Shown: positions 49,530 to 60,727 of the stretch, piece by piece
Position numbering within the stretch: position 1 is the first letter of the stretch
Layout of the letters: every line of letters begins with the position of its first letter
Assembly (NCBI GenBank): GCA_963702895.1
Contig: OY969767.1
Location: forward strand, 2,368,001-2,432,000
DNA: 64,000 bases
DNA from: an uncultured Elusimicrobia bacterium
GTDB taxonomy: Bacteria > Elusimicrobiota > Elusimicrobia > 2-01-FULL-59-12
Reading direction: 5' to 3'
The notes under the pieces: generated by a model
The model's input: the letters and a program-made list of their open reading frames with translations, nothing else
Database searches by the model: none
Told to the model about the DNA's origin: nothing
Translations under genes and position numbers: made by a program

Positions 49530-52500
49530 ATGAGTGAGAATCAAAAGGGATTGTCTGTCCGGAATACGTTTTCCTCACAGGGTTGCGGGGCCCTCGAAGG
49601 CCTCCCATGGGAGGAGCGGTCTTCCGTCATTCGCAACCCGGACGGATCGGTCGTCTTTGAGATGACGCGCCTGCGCGTTCCCAAAGGCTGGTCTCAAGTC
49701 GCGACGGATATCCTCGCGCAAAAATATTTTCGCAAGGCAGGCGTTCCCGCCAAGACGAAAAAAGTGCCCGAGACAGGCATCCCGGAGTGGCTGCAAAAAT
49801 CCATCGCCGACACAGAGGCGCTCGGCGCTCTCCCCGAAGAAAAACGCTGGGGCCCGGAAACAGACGCCCAGCAGGTCTTTCACCGCCTCGCTGGTTGCTG
49901 GACCTATTGGGGATGGAAATACGGTTATTTCAAGACCGAATCCGATGCCAAGAACTATTACAACGAAATGCTTTTTATCCTCGCCAGCCAAATGGGCGCG
50001 CCGAATTCGCCGCAATGGTTTAACACCGGTCTCTATTGGGCCTACGGCATCGAAGGCCCCGCGCAGGGGCATTTCTTCGTCGATCCCGGAACCGGGGAGA
50101 TGAAGCAATCGACGAATGCCTACGAGCATCCTCAGCCGCATGCCTGCTTTATTCAATCGGTGACCGATGATCTTGTGAACCCGGGCGGCATCATGGACCT
50201 CTGGGTCCGAGAAGCACGTATCTTTAAGTATGGATCAGGGACAGGCTCCAATTTCTCCAGCATCCGTGGATCCAGTGAACCCTTATCAGGCGGCGGTAAA
50301 TCTTCAGGGCTGATGTCCTTTCTTAAAATTGGCGACCGGGCCGCGGGCGCCATCAAGTCGGGCGGCACCACTCGGCGGGCCGCCAAAATGGTGTCCCTTG
50401 ACCTCGATCACCCGGACATCGAAGACTACATCAACTGGAAGGTCAAAGAAGAGCAAAAGGTGGCGGCTTTGGTCGCTGGGTCCAAGCTCTGCAAAAAGCA
50501 TCTGAACGAAATCATCAAAGCCGTTCACGCCTGGCCGGAAACCTCCGAGAAGCTTGACCGTAAAAAGAACACGCGCCTGGCCGCCGCCATCCGGGCCGCC
50601 AGCGTCTCCATGGTCCCTCTGAATTACGTGGAGCGCGTCCTGGAGCTGGCCGCCCAAGGCGTCATCGAGATTGATTTTGACGAGTACAACACAGACTGGA
50701 CCTCGGAAGCTTACATCACGGTCTCAGGCCAAAACTCGAACAACTCGGTTCGCATCCCGAACGCCTTTATGGAAGCTCTGCTCGCGGATGGCGATTGGCC
50801 GCTCTTCTGGCGCACAGAAAAGGAAAAAGCGGCCAAGGAAAAGCGTGATCCGAAGCCCTACCGGTCCGTCAAGGCAAAAGAACTCTGGGATCAGATCTGC
50901 TACGCCGCATGGGCGTGCGCGGACCCTGGCCTGCAATTTGACACGATCATCAACGACTGGCACACCTGCCCCTCGGACGGCCGTATCAACGCTTCCAACC
51001 CCTGCGTGACAGGAGACACCCTCGTTTCCACCACGCAAGGCTATCGCAAAATCATTGATCTTGTGGGTCAGGAAGTTGAAATTGTGGCAGGCGATGGATC
51101 CTCGAAATGGATCAGCCAGGTTTTTCCCACCGGCCATCAGCCTATCTATGAATTAAAAACCGTCTCGGGCTATACCCTCCGTCTCACGGCGGACCATCGT
51201 GTTCTGACTGCCAACCGAGGGGATGTGCGAGCCTGTGAGCTGAGCCAAGACGATTGCGTGGTGTTAGGTCATGTGGGTTTTGGACCCGAATCGCTCCCCA
51301 GCGCCGTGGCGGAGGTCATTGGTCTGGCCATCGGCGACGGATGCATTAATTCCGATGGCTATCTCATGATCAACATGGACCGCCTTCAGGAACAGAGGGT
51401 TCTGGAGGCCGCCTCGCGCACCATCAACGCTCTCAAACCAAACAAATTTGGAACGGTTCACTCTGGCGGCACGACCGCGCGGGTCGCGACCTGCGCCCCT
51501 GAGATTGTGCAAGTGGCGGACCACTACGCGGTGTTGGACCAGGGATCTGCCAAGAAGCAATTTTCGGACGCCGTTTGGTCTCTCAATAAAACCAGCCAGG
51601 CCGCTCTTCTCCGAGGTTTGTTCACGTCCGACGGAACGGTGGCCCATTATGGGGAGAAGAGCCACTATGTTGCGCTGGACAGCACTTCTCTTCTCCTTCT
51701 CCAGCAAGTTCAACAGCTCCTGCTTGGCTTCGGCATCAAGGCAAAGATTTACGAAAATCGTCGTGTTGCCGGCAATACCGTTTCTCTGCTTCCGGATGGC
51801 AAAGGAGGCATCAAGCCTTACGCGGTTCAACAGATCCATTCCCTAAGAATCTCACGATCCTCTCGCCTCCTCTTTCAAAAGGAGATTGGATTCTTGCCGG
51901 ATTCCCCAAAAACGGAAAAGCTGGCCGAACTGAATCGATCGATCAGCGTGTACGCGGATGTGATGGTCGATGAAGTGGCATCGCTTGTCCCTTGCGGTTC
52001 CGCTGATGTCTTTGATCTGACAGAACCCCAAACGCATCACTTTGTTGCCAATGGACTGGTGGTTCACAACTGCTCGGAGTACATGTTTCTGGACGACACG
52101 GCCTGCAATCTGGCCTCCATCAACCTGATGAAGTTCTACGACACCACCACGGCGCGCCTGGACATTGAAGCCTATCGCCATGCCGTGCGCCTGTGGACGA
52201 TCACCCTGGAAATCTCGGTGACCATGGCCCAATTTCCTTCCTACCCCATCGCGGAAAAATCTTACCTCTATCGGACGCTCGGTCTGGGGTACGCCAACCT
52301 GGGGGCGCTCCTCATGGTTCAAGGGATCCCTTATGACTCCGACCGAGGGCGCGCGATCGCTGCGGCGCTGAGCGCCATCATGCACATGGGCGCCTATGCG
52401 ACGTCGGCCGAAATGGCTTCCGCGATCGGACCGTTCCCGCGCTTCGAGGCCAACCGAGACGCGATGTTGCGCGTGGTTCGGAACCATCGGCGCGCGGCCT

Positions 52501-54302
52501 ACCCGACGAAGCGCGAAGACTACGAAGCCTTGACGGTCACGCCGCAGCACATCCGTCCTGAACACTGTCCGGAAGATCTGCTCAAGGGTGCACGCGAGGA
52601 TGCGGACCGGGCCCTGGTGATGGGCGAACAGTTTGGGTACCGCAACGCACAGGTCACCGTCATTGCTCCGACGGGAACGATCGGCCTTTCCATGGATTGC
52701 GACACGACGGGCATCGAGCCGGATTTCGCCCTGGTGAAATTTAAGAAACTGGCTGGCGGCGGCTATCTCAAGATCATCAATCAGACGGTTCCTCCGGCCC
52801 TGAAGACGCTGGGCTACACCACCCTGCAGGTCGACGATATCGTGCGCTATTGCAAAGGAGCCGGCACCCTCAAGGGCTGTCCCCATATCAACCCGGACGC
52901 ACTCAAGACAAAGGGCTTTACCGATGAGGTGATCGCCAAAGTCGAATCCGCGCTGCCCCAAGCCTTTGAAATCGGCTTCGCGTTTAACCAGTGGACCCTG
53001 GGAGAACCCTTCTGCAAAGAAACACTGAAAATCACGGAGGAGCAACTCCATGACTGGAGGTTCTCGATCCTCAAGCACATGGGTTTTTCGCAAGACGAGA
53101 TTGCCATCGCGAACGAATACGTCTGCGGCACGATGACCCTGGAAGGAGCTCCACACCTCAAAGCCGAGCACATGCCGGTCTTTGACTGCGCCAATCGATG
53201 CGGCGCCAAAGGCAAACGCTATATCGCGCCGCTCGCCCACCTGAAGATGATGGCCGCCGCTCAACCCTTCATCTCGGGCGCCATCTCCAAGACCATCAAC
53301 CTCCCGCACGAAGCGACGCTTCGGGACATCAACGAAGCCTATGTGGAGTCCTGGCAGTTGATGCTCAAGGCGGTCGCGCTCTACCGCGATGGGTCGAAAC
53401 TCTCTCAACCGCTGAACACCACCTCGGATTCCAGCGGCGACTCCACGATCACGATGGCGGACCTCCAGGAAGGGCCGCTCAAGATATCGGAGAAGATTAT
53501 TCACCGCTATATCGCGCGGCGCCGCCGGCTTCCTTATCGACGCTCCGGCTACACCCAAAAAGCCAAGATTGGGGGCCATACCATTTACCTTCGCACGGGG
53601 GAATACGAAGACAATGCCCTCGGCGAAATCTTCATCGACATGCATAAGGAAGGCGCGGCCTTCCGGAGCCTCATGAACTGCTTTTCCATCGCGATCTCAT
53701 TGGGGCTTCAGCACGGTGTGCCGCTCGAAGAATTCGTGGAAGCCTTTGTTTTTACGCGTTTTGAGCCCAACGGGATGGTCCAGGGCAACCCGCAGATTAA
53801 GATGACAACCTCCATCATCGACTACATCTTCCGGGAGCTCGCCATTTCCTATCTCAACCGGCAAGATTTGGCCCAGGTGACCACGGAGGACCTGCGTGCT
53901 TCTTCCGTCGGCGATCCGGGCGTACAACAGCCGGACTTCTCCGAAGAAGAAGTGGTGAGCGAACGCGTGGTGGACCCCAAGGACATGGCCCAGGTCTCGC
54001 CGACGCATGTGCCCAAGTCGACCCACCTCTCGAACGTGCAGCCCACTCCTCCGGGGCAAGGCACACACGCCATACCCATCAAGAACCAGGCGTCGGCGGG
54101 GGCCTCTTCTGCCGCGTCTTCGGCCGTTTCCCCTGCCATTGGATTCCGACCCCAAATGTCCGCCTTGGCAGACAAGGCCCGCGAGGCCAAGCTCAAAGGG
54201 TATGAAGGGGATCCCTGCCGAGAATGCGGCCAATTCACAATGGTCCGCAATGGCACCTGCCTGAAATGCGATACGTGCGGCACAACATCAGGATGTTCTT
54301 AA
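49530..54302 (+). CDS. nrdJ: Class II (adenosylcobalamin-dependent) ribonucleotide reductase, intein-containing
   Basis: [53 protein letters not shown]-terminal CRECG..CDTCG. Confidence 0.95.
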   Translation: MSENQKGLSVRNTFSSQGCGALEGLPWEERSSVIRNPDGSVVFEMTRLRVPKGWSQVATDILAQKYFRKAGVPAKTKKVPETGIPEWLQKSIADTEALGALPEEKRWGPETDAQQVFHRLAGCWTYWGWKYGYFKTESDAKNYYNEMLFILASQMGAPNSPQWFNTGLYWAYGIEGPAQGHFFVDPGTGEMKQSTNAYEHPQPHACFIQSVTDDLVNPGGIMDLWVREARIFKYGSGTGSNFSSIRGSSEPLSGGGKSSGLMSFLKIGDRAAGAIKSGGTTRRAAKMVSLDLDHPDIEDYINWKVKEEQKVAALVAGSKLCKKHLNEIIKAVHAWPETSEKLDRKKNTRLAAAIRAASVSMVPLNYVERVLELAAQGVIEIDFDEYNTDWTSEAYITVSGQNSNNSVRIPNAFMEALLADGDWPLFWRTEKEKAAKEKRDPKPYRSVKAKELWDQICYAAWACADPGLQFDTIINDWHTCPSDGRINASNPCVTGDTLVSTTQGYRKIIDLVGQEVEIVAGDGSSKWISQVFPTGHQPIYELKTVSGYTLRLTADHRVLTANRGDVRACELSQDDCVVLGHVGFGPESLPSAVAEVIGLAIGDGCINSDGYLMINMDRLQEQRVLEAASRTINALKPNKFGTVHSGGTTARVATCAPEIVQVADHYAVLDQGSAKKQFSDAVWSLNKTSQAALLRGLFTSDGTVAHYGEKSHYVALDSTSLLLLQQVQQLLLGFGIKAKIYENRRVAGNTVSLLPDGKGGIKPYAVQQIHSLRISRSSRLLFQKEIGFLPDSPKTEKLAELNRSISVYADVMVDEVASLVPCGSADVFDLTEPQTHHFVANGLVVHNCSEYMFLDDTACNLASINLMKFYDTTTARLDIEAYRHAVRLWTITLEISVTMAQFPSYPIAEKSYLYRTLGLGYANLGALLMVQGIPYDSDRGRAIAAALSAIMHMGAYATSAEMASAIGPFPRFEANRDAMLRVVRNHRRAAYPTKREDYEALTVTPQHIRPEHCPEDLLKGAREDADRALVMGEQFGYRNAQVTVIAPTGTIGLSMDCDTTGIEPDFALVKFKKLAGGGYLKIINQTVPPALKTLGYTTLQVDDIVRYCKGAGTLKGCPHINPDALKTKGFTDEVIAKVESALPQAFEIGFAFNQWTLGEPFCKETLKITEEQLHDWRFSILKHMGFSQDEIAIANEYVCGTMTLEGAPHLKAEHMPVFDCANRCGAKGKRYIAPLAHLKMMAAAQPFISGAISKTINLPHEATLRDINEAYVESWQLMLKAVALYRDGSKLSQPLNTTSDSSGDSTITMADLQEGPLKISEKIIHRYIARRRRLPYRRSGYTQKAKIGGHTIYLRTGEYEDNALGEIFIDMHKEGAAFRSLMNCFSIAISLGLQHGVPLEEFVEAFVFTRFEPNGMVQGNPQIKMTTSIIDYIFRELAISYLNRQDLAQVTTEDLRASSVGDPGVQQPDFSEEEVVSERVVDPKDMAQVSPTHVPKSTHLSNVQPTPPGQGTHAIPIKNQASAGASSAASSAVSPAIGFRPQMSALADKAREAKLKGYEGDPCRECGQFTMVRNGTCLKCDTCGTTSGCS
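51003..52070 (+). mobile_element. Intein with LAGLIDADG homing endonuclease (356 aa)
   Basis: Starts CVTGDT after ASNP; block [16 protein letters not shown] and LRGLFTSDG; ends VVHN before CSEYMF. Confidence 0.95.
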
Positions 54303-54360
54303 GGTGTGCCGCACGCGGCACGACATGCGGTGTCCCAATGCCCCGCCGGAGCCCCTTTTT

Positions 54361-54627
54361 GTGAATCGATTTCTTAGGCCTCTTGGTGCTCACCGAAGAA
54401 GTTCCGTTGTTCTGGCCATCGCTGGCGTAACATTCTGTCTCGGGTGCCAGCGAAGGACCCCCGACTCTGTGGCACAGGCTCCCCAGGAACCACAGGTCCA
54501 GAACGCTTTCACCGATTACGTCGACCGTGGCGTCCATACGATGGAGAAAGCCGAGAAAGCAGCGGAGACTGCCAACGCTCGCAACGCCGAGTTGCAGCGT
54601 CAGAGTGAGTCTATCCAGGAGCCCTAA
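54361..54627 (+). CDS. Small putative lipoprotein
   Basis: Basic N-terminus, hydrophobic stretch, CLG|C; stop overlaps the next ATG; start uncertain. Confidence 0.6.
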   Translation: MNRFLRPLGAHRRSSVVLAIAGVTFCLGCQRRTPDSVAQAPQEPQVQNAFTDYVDRGVHTMEKAEKAAETANARNAELQRQSESIQEP

Positions 54628-54995
54628 TGGCACGGATCCTGATCATTGATGATGATGTCGACGTGATTGAAATCATCCGGTACACCATCGCCCAGGAAGG
54701 GCATGAACTTTTCGAGGCAAAAAATGGAAAAGAGGGCCTCGATATGTCCATACGAGAGCGCCCTGATATCATTGTGCTCGACATCATGATGCCCGTCATG
54801 GACGGGTTGACCTTGAACTCTCACCTGAGCGCTTTGCCCGCCACCAAAGACATCCCTGTCATTGTGCTCACAGCGAAAGGACGCATGAAAGATACGTTTG
54901 ACAAAGCTCCGAATGTCCGGTGCTATATGGAAAAGCCGTTCGAGCCTGTCGTGCTGCAGGAGAAGATCCGGGAGATTCTGTCCAAGAAACAATAG
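54627..54995 (+). CDS. Single-domain response regulator
   Basis: ILIIDDD, LDIMMP, LTA, EKPF. Confidence 0.95.
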   Translation: MARILIIDDDVDVIEIIRYTIAQEGHELFEAKNGKEGLDMSIRERPDIIVLDIMMPVMDGLTLNSHLSALPATKDIPVIVLTAKGRMKDTFDKAPNVRCYMEKPFEPVVLQEKIREILSKKQ

Positions 54996-55090
54996 CCAAG
55001 ATTTCGGAGTCCTCTCACCCCCGGTCGTAGGGACCCGCCTCCGACGAAATAAGCCTTGCACATTCGTGAGGCCTGCTTAGACTTACCCTA

Positions 55091-55361
55091 AGTACTGACT
55101 TTCATAGGAGCGCAGCGGGTTTGCGGGAACGATTTTGATGGCGAGACAAGGAACGAGGAGCGAGCATACCTGGAAGGTATGTAAGCGACGAGAGACGCGG
55201 TCGCAGCCCAAAAGCGTCCCGCCCTGCGGGGACGCCGATCTCGGGCGGATGCGTTGTTGCTTCTCACTCACAGACCGCTTCGGGTATGCTCGTTCGTCGC
55301 GCCTAGCCTCCGCCACGAGCTCGGCGTCCAAACCCGCTGCGATCCTATGAAAGGCAGTACT
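55091..55361. mobile_element. 271-bp MITE-like element with 33-bp terminal inverted repeats
   Basis: agtactgactttcataggagcgcagcgggtttg versus caaacccgctgcgatcctatgaaaggcagtact (2 mismatches); internal IR gagcatacc/ggtatgctc. Confidence 0.8.
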
Positions 55362-55366
55362 AAGCT

Positions 55367-57577
55367 ATGATGAGCGCTTCTCACTCTCGGGCGGTCCGCC
55401 TTGCCTTTGGTGTGACCGTTGGAGTCCTTGCCTCCATGAGCGCGGCGGCTTCCTGGAGCGCCTACGCGCTCTTCGGGTCCTTCCGGCAAGTGACGCAAGC
55501 CCAACAGGCCCTCGCCAGATTCCATCATATCGAAGCCCTCATGGAATCAGCGTTTTCTGGCGTGAGCGGCTATGCCCTCTCCGGGGAAGTGGACCGGCTG
55601 AACGCGTTTCACTACGCGAAAATAATTATTCCGCGCGAACTCGATGAGATGGTACGGCTTTCCCCCGTCCGTCGGGAAGACCTGTGGATCTCACTCCAGA
55701 ACCAGCTCAACACGCGCCTGGCGCTCATGGCGCGTGCGATCCGACTGAAAGACACGCGAGGGCAGGCGGCCAGCGCGCAGCTGTTAATCTCAGAATCCGG
55801 TTCCTCCCGGGATCAAAGGGAGCGCCTTCTCTCGGAATGCCAGCAGGCCTATCTGCAGCAGATCCAGACAAAGCACGAGGCTTTGAACAGAAGTGCCGCG
55901 CAGACCCAGGGATGGTTGGCGCTCGCGACACTCGTCAGTTTCGCTCTGGTCGGATGGACCTCCTTTCTTCTTCGTAAAGAGACTTGGCAAAGGGCACAAG
56001 CGGAAACGATCAAAGACCAGACAGAAGCGATGCTGCAATCCGTCATTGAGCGAATTCCTTACATGATTTCCGTCAAAGAGGGCCAGCACCTTCGCGTGAC
56101 CCTGGTCAATCGTGCCGCCACGGAATGGATGGGCATGCCCGCTCAAAACATCCTTGGATCTCTGGAGAGTGATCTCCGAGACCCGGAAGAAGCCGCGGCG
56201 TCCATGCAAGCGGATCGAACGGCCCTGGGGGAGGCAAGGACTCTGGAGCTCCATGAGCGCTTGTCGCGCCCAGGCCGAGAGGCGCTCCTGCTCTTCACCC
56301 AAAAGATCCCGCTCGTCGATGCCAAGGGGCGGCCCACGCATGTTCTGAGCATTTCAGAAAATATCACCCAGCGCAAACAGGCGGAACAGATGCTGGAGCT
56401 CTCCCGGGACGCCGCCGTCGAGGCGGCGCGCCTCAGGTCCGAATTCATCCGGAACATGAGCCACGAATTTCGAACACCCTTAAGCATCGTGATGGGCATG
56501 ACTTCCCTGCTGATGGACACCTCTCTGACGGACGAGCAGCGCTCCTTTGCACAGAGGATCCGGCGCTCCGCAGAAGGGCTTTCGGGGCTCACGAAGAACA
56601 TCCTCGACTTCTCAAAAATCGAAAACGGCTCTTTCACCCTCGAGAACCGTGAGATGAATGTCCTTGAGATTGCTGAAGACGTCCGTGCCATGCTGGCGGA
56701 GCAAGCCAGGGTGAAGGGTCTAGCGCTCGTGACGCTGGCTTCCCCCGCTGTTCCTCCGATCGTCCGGGGCGATGCGACGAGACTTCGCCAAGTCCTGACG
56801 CAGCTCGTGGCCAACGCCGTCAAGTTCACGGACCGAGGGCAGATCAGCATACGCTTGAGCGTCGAGAAACAAACCGATTCCCAGCTCTGGTTGCGCTATC
56901 AGGTGACCGATACCGGCATCGGGATATCGGACGATGTACAAAAATATCTTTTTGAACCCTTCCGGCAAGGCGATGGGTCATGGACCAGACGCTATGGCGG
57001 CACGGGTCTGGGCCTGGCCATGGCTAAGCGGATGGTCCAGCTCATGGGGGGACAGATGGGCTTCGAAAGCGCACTCGGCATGGGGTCCACGTTCTGGTTC
57101 ACACTGCCGGTCCACAAGCGGCACGTCCAAGGCCCGGTCGTCCAGATTTCATCCCTTCCCTGGACTCGCGCGCGCGTGATGATCGTCAGCGAAAATGAAG
57201 TGGTGCGTAAGATGATTCAGCAGCAGCTCCACGATTGTGCGGTCGCCTGCGAAATGGTTTCGAGCGGTCAAGCGGCGATGGAAATTCTTCGGCGCGAACA
57301 GAAAGCCGGCAAGAGTTTCCCTATCGTCCTTCTGGGCATGCATTTAACAGACATGGATGCCGTTCATTTCGCCAAGCTGCTTAAACAGGACCATGACTTA
57401 AAAGCGACCAAGCTGGCCTTGCTCATGCCTGAAACGGATGTGCTGGATAGCTTGACCGCCACGACGCTTGGGTTCGTCGGGGGGGTCCGTCTTCCGTGCC
57501 AGGCCCAGGAACTCTATGACCGCCTGGCCGGCTGGATCGACGCCGCCGAAATGAAGCATCCGCAAAGGGCCGCCTAA
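55367..57577 (+). CDS. Hybrid sensor histidine kinase (CHASE3-like, PAS, HisKA, HATPase, degenerate REC)
   Basis: Two TM helices, SHEFRTPL, NAVKFT, DTGIGI, YGGTGLGL; C-terminal REC with G at the phospho-Asp position. Confidence 0.9.
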   Translation: MMSASHSRAVRLAFGVTVGVLASMSAAASWSAYALFGSFRQVTQAQQALARFHHIEALMESAFSGVSGYALSGEVDRLNAFHYAKIIIPRELDEMVRLSPVRREDLWISLQNQLNTRLALMARAIRLKDTRGQAASAQLLISESGSSRDQRERLLSECQQAYLQQIQTKHEALNRSAAQTQGWLALATLVSFALVGWTSFLLRKETWQRAQAETIKDQTEAMLQSVIERIPYMISVKEGQHLRVTLVNRAATEWMGMPAQNILGSLESDLRDPEEAAASMQADRTALGEARTLELHERLSRPGREALLLFTQKIPLVDAKGRPTHVLSISENITQRKQAEQMLELSRDAAVEAARLRSEFIRNMSHEFRTPLSIVMGMTSLLMDTSLTDEQRSFAQRIRRSAEGLSGLTKNILDFSKIENGSFTLENREMNVLEIAEDVRAMLAEQARVKGLALVTLASPAVPPIVRGDATRLRQVLTQLVANAVKFTDRGQISIRLSVEKQTDSQLWLRYQVTDTGIGISDDVQKYLFEPFRQGDGSWTRRYGGTGLGLAMAKRMVQLMGGQMGFESALGMGSTFWFTLPVHKRHVQGPVVQISSLPWTRARVMIVSENEVVRKMIQQQLHDCAVACEMVSSGQAAMEILRREQKAGKSFPIVLLGMHLTDMDAVHFAKLLKQDHDLKATKLALLMPETDVLDSLTATTLGFVGGVRLPCQAQELYDRLAGWIDAAEMKHPQRAA

Positions 57578-57601
57578 AAGCCGGCGAAGGGAGGTAGGAC
57601 C

Positions 57602-57907
57602 ATGGAGCCAAGAGAAATGAGACGTTCACCAAGAGCCAAACACGATTCCGTGGTGGAGATTTTCGACGCGGAGGGACATCTCATTATCGGCATTGGACGA
57701 ATGATCAATTTTTCCAACGTCGGCATTTGCTTTTCGAGCACCCAAGTTCTTAAAAAGGGTCAGAGATTGCATGCTCGCATTCGTCTTTTAAGGGAGGGAG
57801 CGCTGGAGACATCGGCCCATATCGTTTGGGTGAAAAAGCGCCCTGCGTTTATGCTCTATGGAATCGCTTTTGATACCATACAAAAGATCCAGACCTCGGT
57901 GATTTGA
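57602..57907 (+). CDS. PilZ-domain protein
   Basis: RRSPR and NFSNVG c-di-GMP-binding motifs; SD GGAGG upstream. Confidence 0.85.
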   Translation: MEPREMRRSPRAKHDSVVEIFDAEGHLIIGIGRMINFSNVGICFSSTQVLKKGQRLHARIRLLREGALETSAHIVWVKKRPAFMLYGIAFDTIQKIQTSVI

Positions 57908-58117
57908 CTGCTCCCTGGACACTTGAAGGGGTCTGGCATCGCAGCGCAAAGACGAATATAATCGGCCGCGATGAAAGCCATCCAAGCCGGTGTTATTGAA
58001 CCTAATCGAGGATCCCATACCAAAAGCGACGAAGAATGGCTGCACAGCAGCTCCTCGTCTATCCATTCTTAGGCGAGCGATCATGCCTCCCTCGCCAGGG
58101 AACACCTGGAGAGTTTC

Positions 58118-59200
58118 GTGATCTTCAGCTCTCATGGCCTACGGAAGGCCTTCTTCGCCCTCCCTTTGATCGTCTTGAGCTCCCTCGATGCGTCCGATTC
58201 CTCCGGCAAGCGTCTTTGTGAAAAAGATTTTTCCTCCTATAAGAATCAACTCGCGAAGAACCCCTCCGATGATCTGACGTGGACAGAATTCAGGGTCTGC
58301 GCATCGGAACTTAAGAAGTGGGATGAAGCCATTCAGGTCGCGCTCCAGGCCAGACAGAAAAACAAAAACCTGCCCCAGCCTTATCTCATCCTCGGACTCG
58401 CCCAAATGCACCAGAAGAATTTTGAGAGAGCCATTGAGCATTTCGACCAAAGCATTGCCCTCAACTCCATGCAGCCCCTCGCCTACTTTCAAATGGGGAT
58501 GGCCTACCTTTTTCTCAATGAGCCGACCAAGGCGGCCCAAGCAGCAGAGCGAGCCATTGAACTCGACCCCACGAACTCCGCCTACCACAGGCAGCTGGCT
58601 TACACACGGCTCTTGCTGGACGATCTGTCGGGAGCAGAATTGTCGGCCAAGCGAGCCATCCAGTTGGACAAGGAGGACCTCGCGGCCCACAAGATCTTGG
58701 CGAAGATTTATACCAAGGCCGGCAACACCACAGGCGCGGCCTCTGAGCTCGCTTGGATCAAGTCGGCGGAGAGCGCCGCGGGGATTTCCCCGTCGGCACT
58801 TCCCACCCAAACAGAACCCTCTTCCATGAAAGCCAAGGATGACGGCGAGGACGAGGAGGAAAAGACAGGCAAACAAGAGGATTATCAGGTGATTGGGCAA
58901 TGCATCGGGCAGTGGACCCGGATGAAGAGCGCCGTTCTCCGTGGAAATTTGAACGAGTCACTGACCTATTATTCTGATTATCTCGATACGCGGGACCAAT
59001 ACCGCTCCTCTTTTGAGGCCATGGGGATGGAACGACTCAAGTCCATTTTCGGAAATTTCGGGGATCTTTACGATTGCGAAGTGGTGTTTGCCTCAGCCCA
59101 TTGCAAGGCGATGGTCCATGGTCCATCGGGCGCCGTCGTCGTCACAAAGATTCGATTTGAGAAAAATCCCGATAAAGTTTGGAGAATTCGATCTTTTTAA
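58118..59200 (+). CDS. Secreted TPR-repeat protein with C-terminal small alpha/beta domain
   Basis: Signal-like N-terminus, multiple TPR motifs, acidic linker. Confidence 0.8.
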   Translation: MIFSSHGLRKAFFALPLIVLSSLDASDSSGKRLCEKDFSSYKNQLAKNPSDDLTWTEFRVCASELKKWDEAIQVALQARQKNKNLPQPYLILGLAQMHQKNFERAIEHFDQSIALNSMQPLAYFQMGMAYLFLNEPTKAAQAAERAIELDPTNSAYHRQLAYTRLLLDDLSGAELSAKRAIQLDKEDLAAHKILAKIYTKAGNTTGAASELAWIKSAESAAGISPSALPTQTEPSSMKAKDDGEDEEEKTGKQEDYQVIGQCIGQWTRMKSAVLRGNLNESLTYYSDYLDTRDQYRSSFEAMGMERLKSIFGNFGDLYDCEVVFASAHCKAMVHGPSGAVVVTKIRFEKNPDKVWRIRSF

Positions 59201-59483
59201 AGCCGCGTCGGTCGTGCCGATACCGCGCGGCTCACCCCGTATCTGATTAACCGGGAAACTGCAGTTGCCGTCACCCCGGCGGCCGCCAGCCGGGGTCTAT
59301 CAGACGTACAAAACCTGATGGATCCCCTGCTTACTACCGCAGGGGATGACGGCACTAAAAAGTGCACTGGGTTCAGACGGAGAGAATTGGCCAACTGCAG
59401 CGTAATATGAAAGCGGGCCTCAAGAGAGTTATAAACAAGGCTGTCGGTAAAGACACCTTAATAACCCCAGGAGGCCCAAAATC

Positions 59484-60527
59484 ATGATATCCATCGGCAT
59501 TGATCATCACAAGAAGTATTGTCAGGTTGTGGCTATGAGGGAGTCTGGCGAGATTGTATGGGAAGGTCAAGTCCCCACACGGCGAGAAGGTCTTGCACAA
59601 GTTAAAGAGGCGATTCCTCCAGGAGAACCGGTGCAAAGTGTATTGGAATCTGGACGGAGCTGGGGCATTGCCTATGACATTCTGGAAGATCTCGGGATGA
59701 ATCCGGTGTTGGCCAATCCTTATAGATCACGATTGATCGCCGACTCGTTTATCAAAACAGACAAAATCGATGCAACGGCACATGCCCTGCTGCTACGTTT
59801 GGGGGTGACCCCAACAATCCACGTGCCGAGTCGAGATCGGCGGGAACAGAAAGCGCTATTGCGGCACCGACTATGGCTAGTGAAGGGACAAACGGTGATC
59901 AAGAATCGAGTTCATGATTTACTCGACCGACTTCATGTTGACGTTCCCGAACGAAGCGACTTGTTTGGAGCGCATGGCCGGGCGTGGCTGAAGGCTTTGG
60001 AGCTTCCGGAGATGCACCAGCATTTATTGAGATCCCACATGGCATTGCTCGATGAGATTCGCGTCCAAATTCGAGCGACAGAAGAATGGATTGATCGGGT
60101 TTTAAGGGATCACCCTTTGCGCGAGCTTGTCGATTCATTTCCTGGGGTCGGCAAGATCTTAAGTGCTCTGATGGCCTTGGAAATTGACACCATTGAACGG
60201 TTTCCGACGGCTGCGCGGTTTGCATCGTACTGTGGCGTGGTGTGTAGTACCTACAGTTCAGGGGGTAAGACGTATCACGGAGGATTGATCCCGTCTTGTA
60301 ACCGCTATTTACGCTACGCATTAATCGAGGCCTGTTGGACGGCTGTATCTGTATCACCGTACTTTAAAGCCTTTTATCAGCAACGAAGAATTCGAAAGCT
60401 GTCATCGGTCGCTATTGTGGCAGTGGCCAGAAAGATGGCAGAGATCATGTGGGTATGCCTGAAGAACAAGAGGAAGTATAAGGAAAAGATGTATCGATTT
60501 GGTCGAGTCGCCTTGGCGAAATCTTAA
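59484..60527 (+). CDS. IS110-family DEDD transposase/recombinase
   Basis: IGIDHHK, VLESG, KTDKIDA (RuvC-like DEDD); FPGVG, SYCG..YSSGG catalytic Ser; VAVARK. Confidence 0.95.
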   Translation: MISIGIDHHKKYCQVVAMRESGEIVWEGQVPTRREGLAQVKEAIPPGEPVQSVLESGRSWGIAYDILEDLGMNPVLANPYRSRLIADSFIKTDKIDATAHALLLRLGVTPTIHVPSRDRREQKALLRHRLWLVKGQTVIKNRVHDLLDRLHVDVPERSDLFGAHGRAWLKALELPEMHQHLLRSHMALLDEIRVQIRATEEWIDRVLRDHPLRELVDSFPGVGKILSALMALEIDTIERFPTAARFASYCGVVCSTYSSGGKTYHGGLIPSCNRYLRYALIEACWTAVSVSPYFKAFYQQRRIRKLSSVAIVAVARKMAEIMWVCLKNKRKYKEKMYRFGRVALAKS

Positions 60528-60727
60528 CGGAAGCCGCGTTTAACTGCAGCGTAAGGGACCCGGCCTCGAACCATTACAGTGTCCAGACGTCGTGGACGAA
60601 GAAAAGTGTGAGTACAGCTTAAGCATCAAGACGAGGCGACGGTAAGAAAAACGCTCAAATAGCTAGTCGCACCACGGCCTACTTCAAAGGCAAGGAGAGA
60701 CCTTTTGTCATTAAAGAATTTACTTGC
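60528..60727 (+). ncRNA. Candidate bridge/seek RNA of the IS1111-type element
   Basis: Non-coding region between the transposase stop and the right STIR; contains aactgcag (60542-60549), identical to the left target flank through the core. Confidence 0.6.

Noticed and set aside
51852..53645. 597-aa minus-strand ORF
   Set aside because: Antisense shadow of nrdJ; no recognisable motifs
59393..60554. 13-bp direct repeat read as the IS target-site duplication
   Set aside because: The second copy lies inside the element, upstream of the right sub-terminal IR; empty-site reconstruction puts the end at 60742
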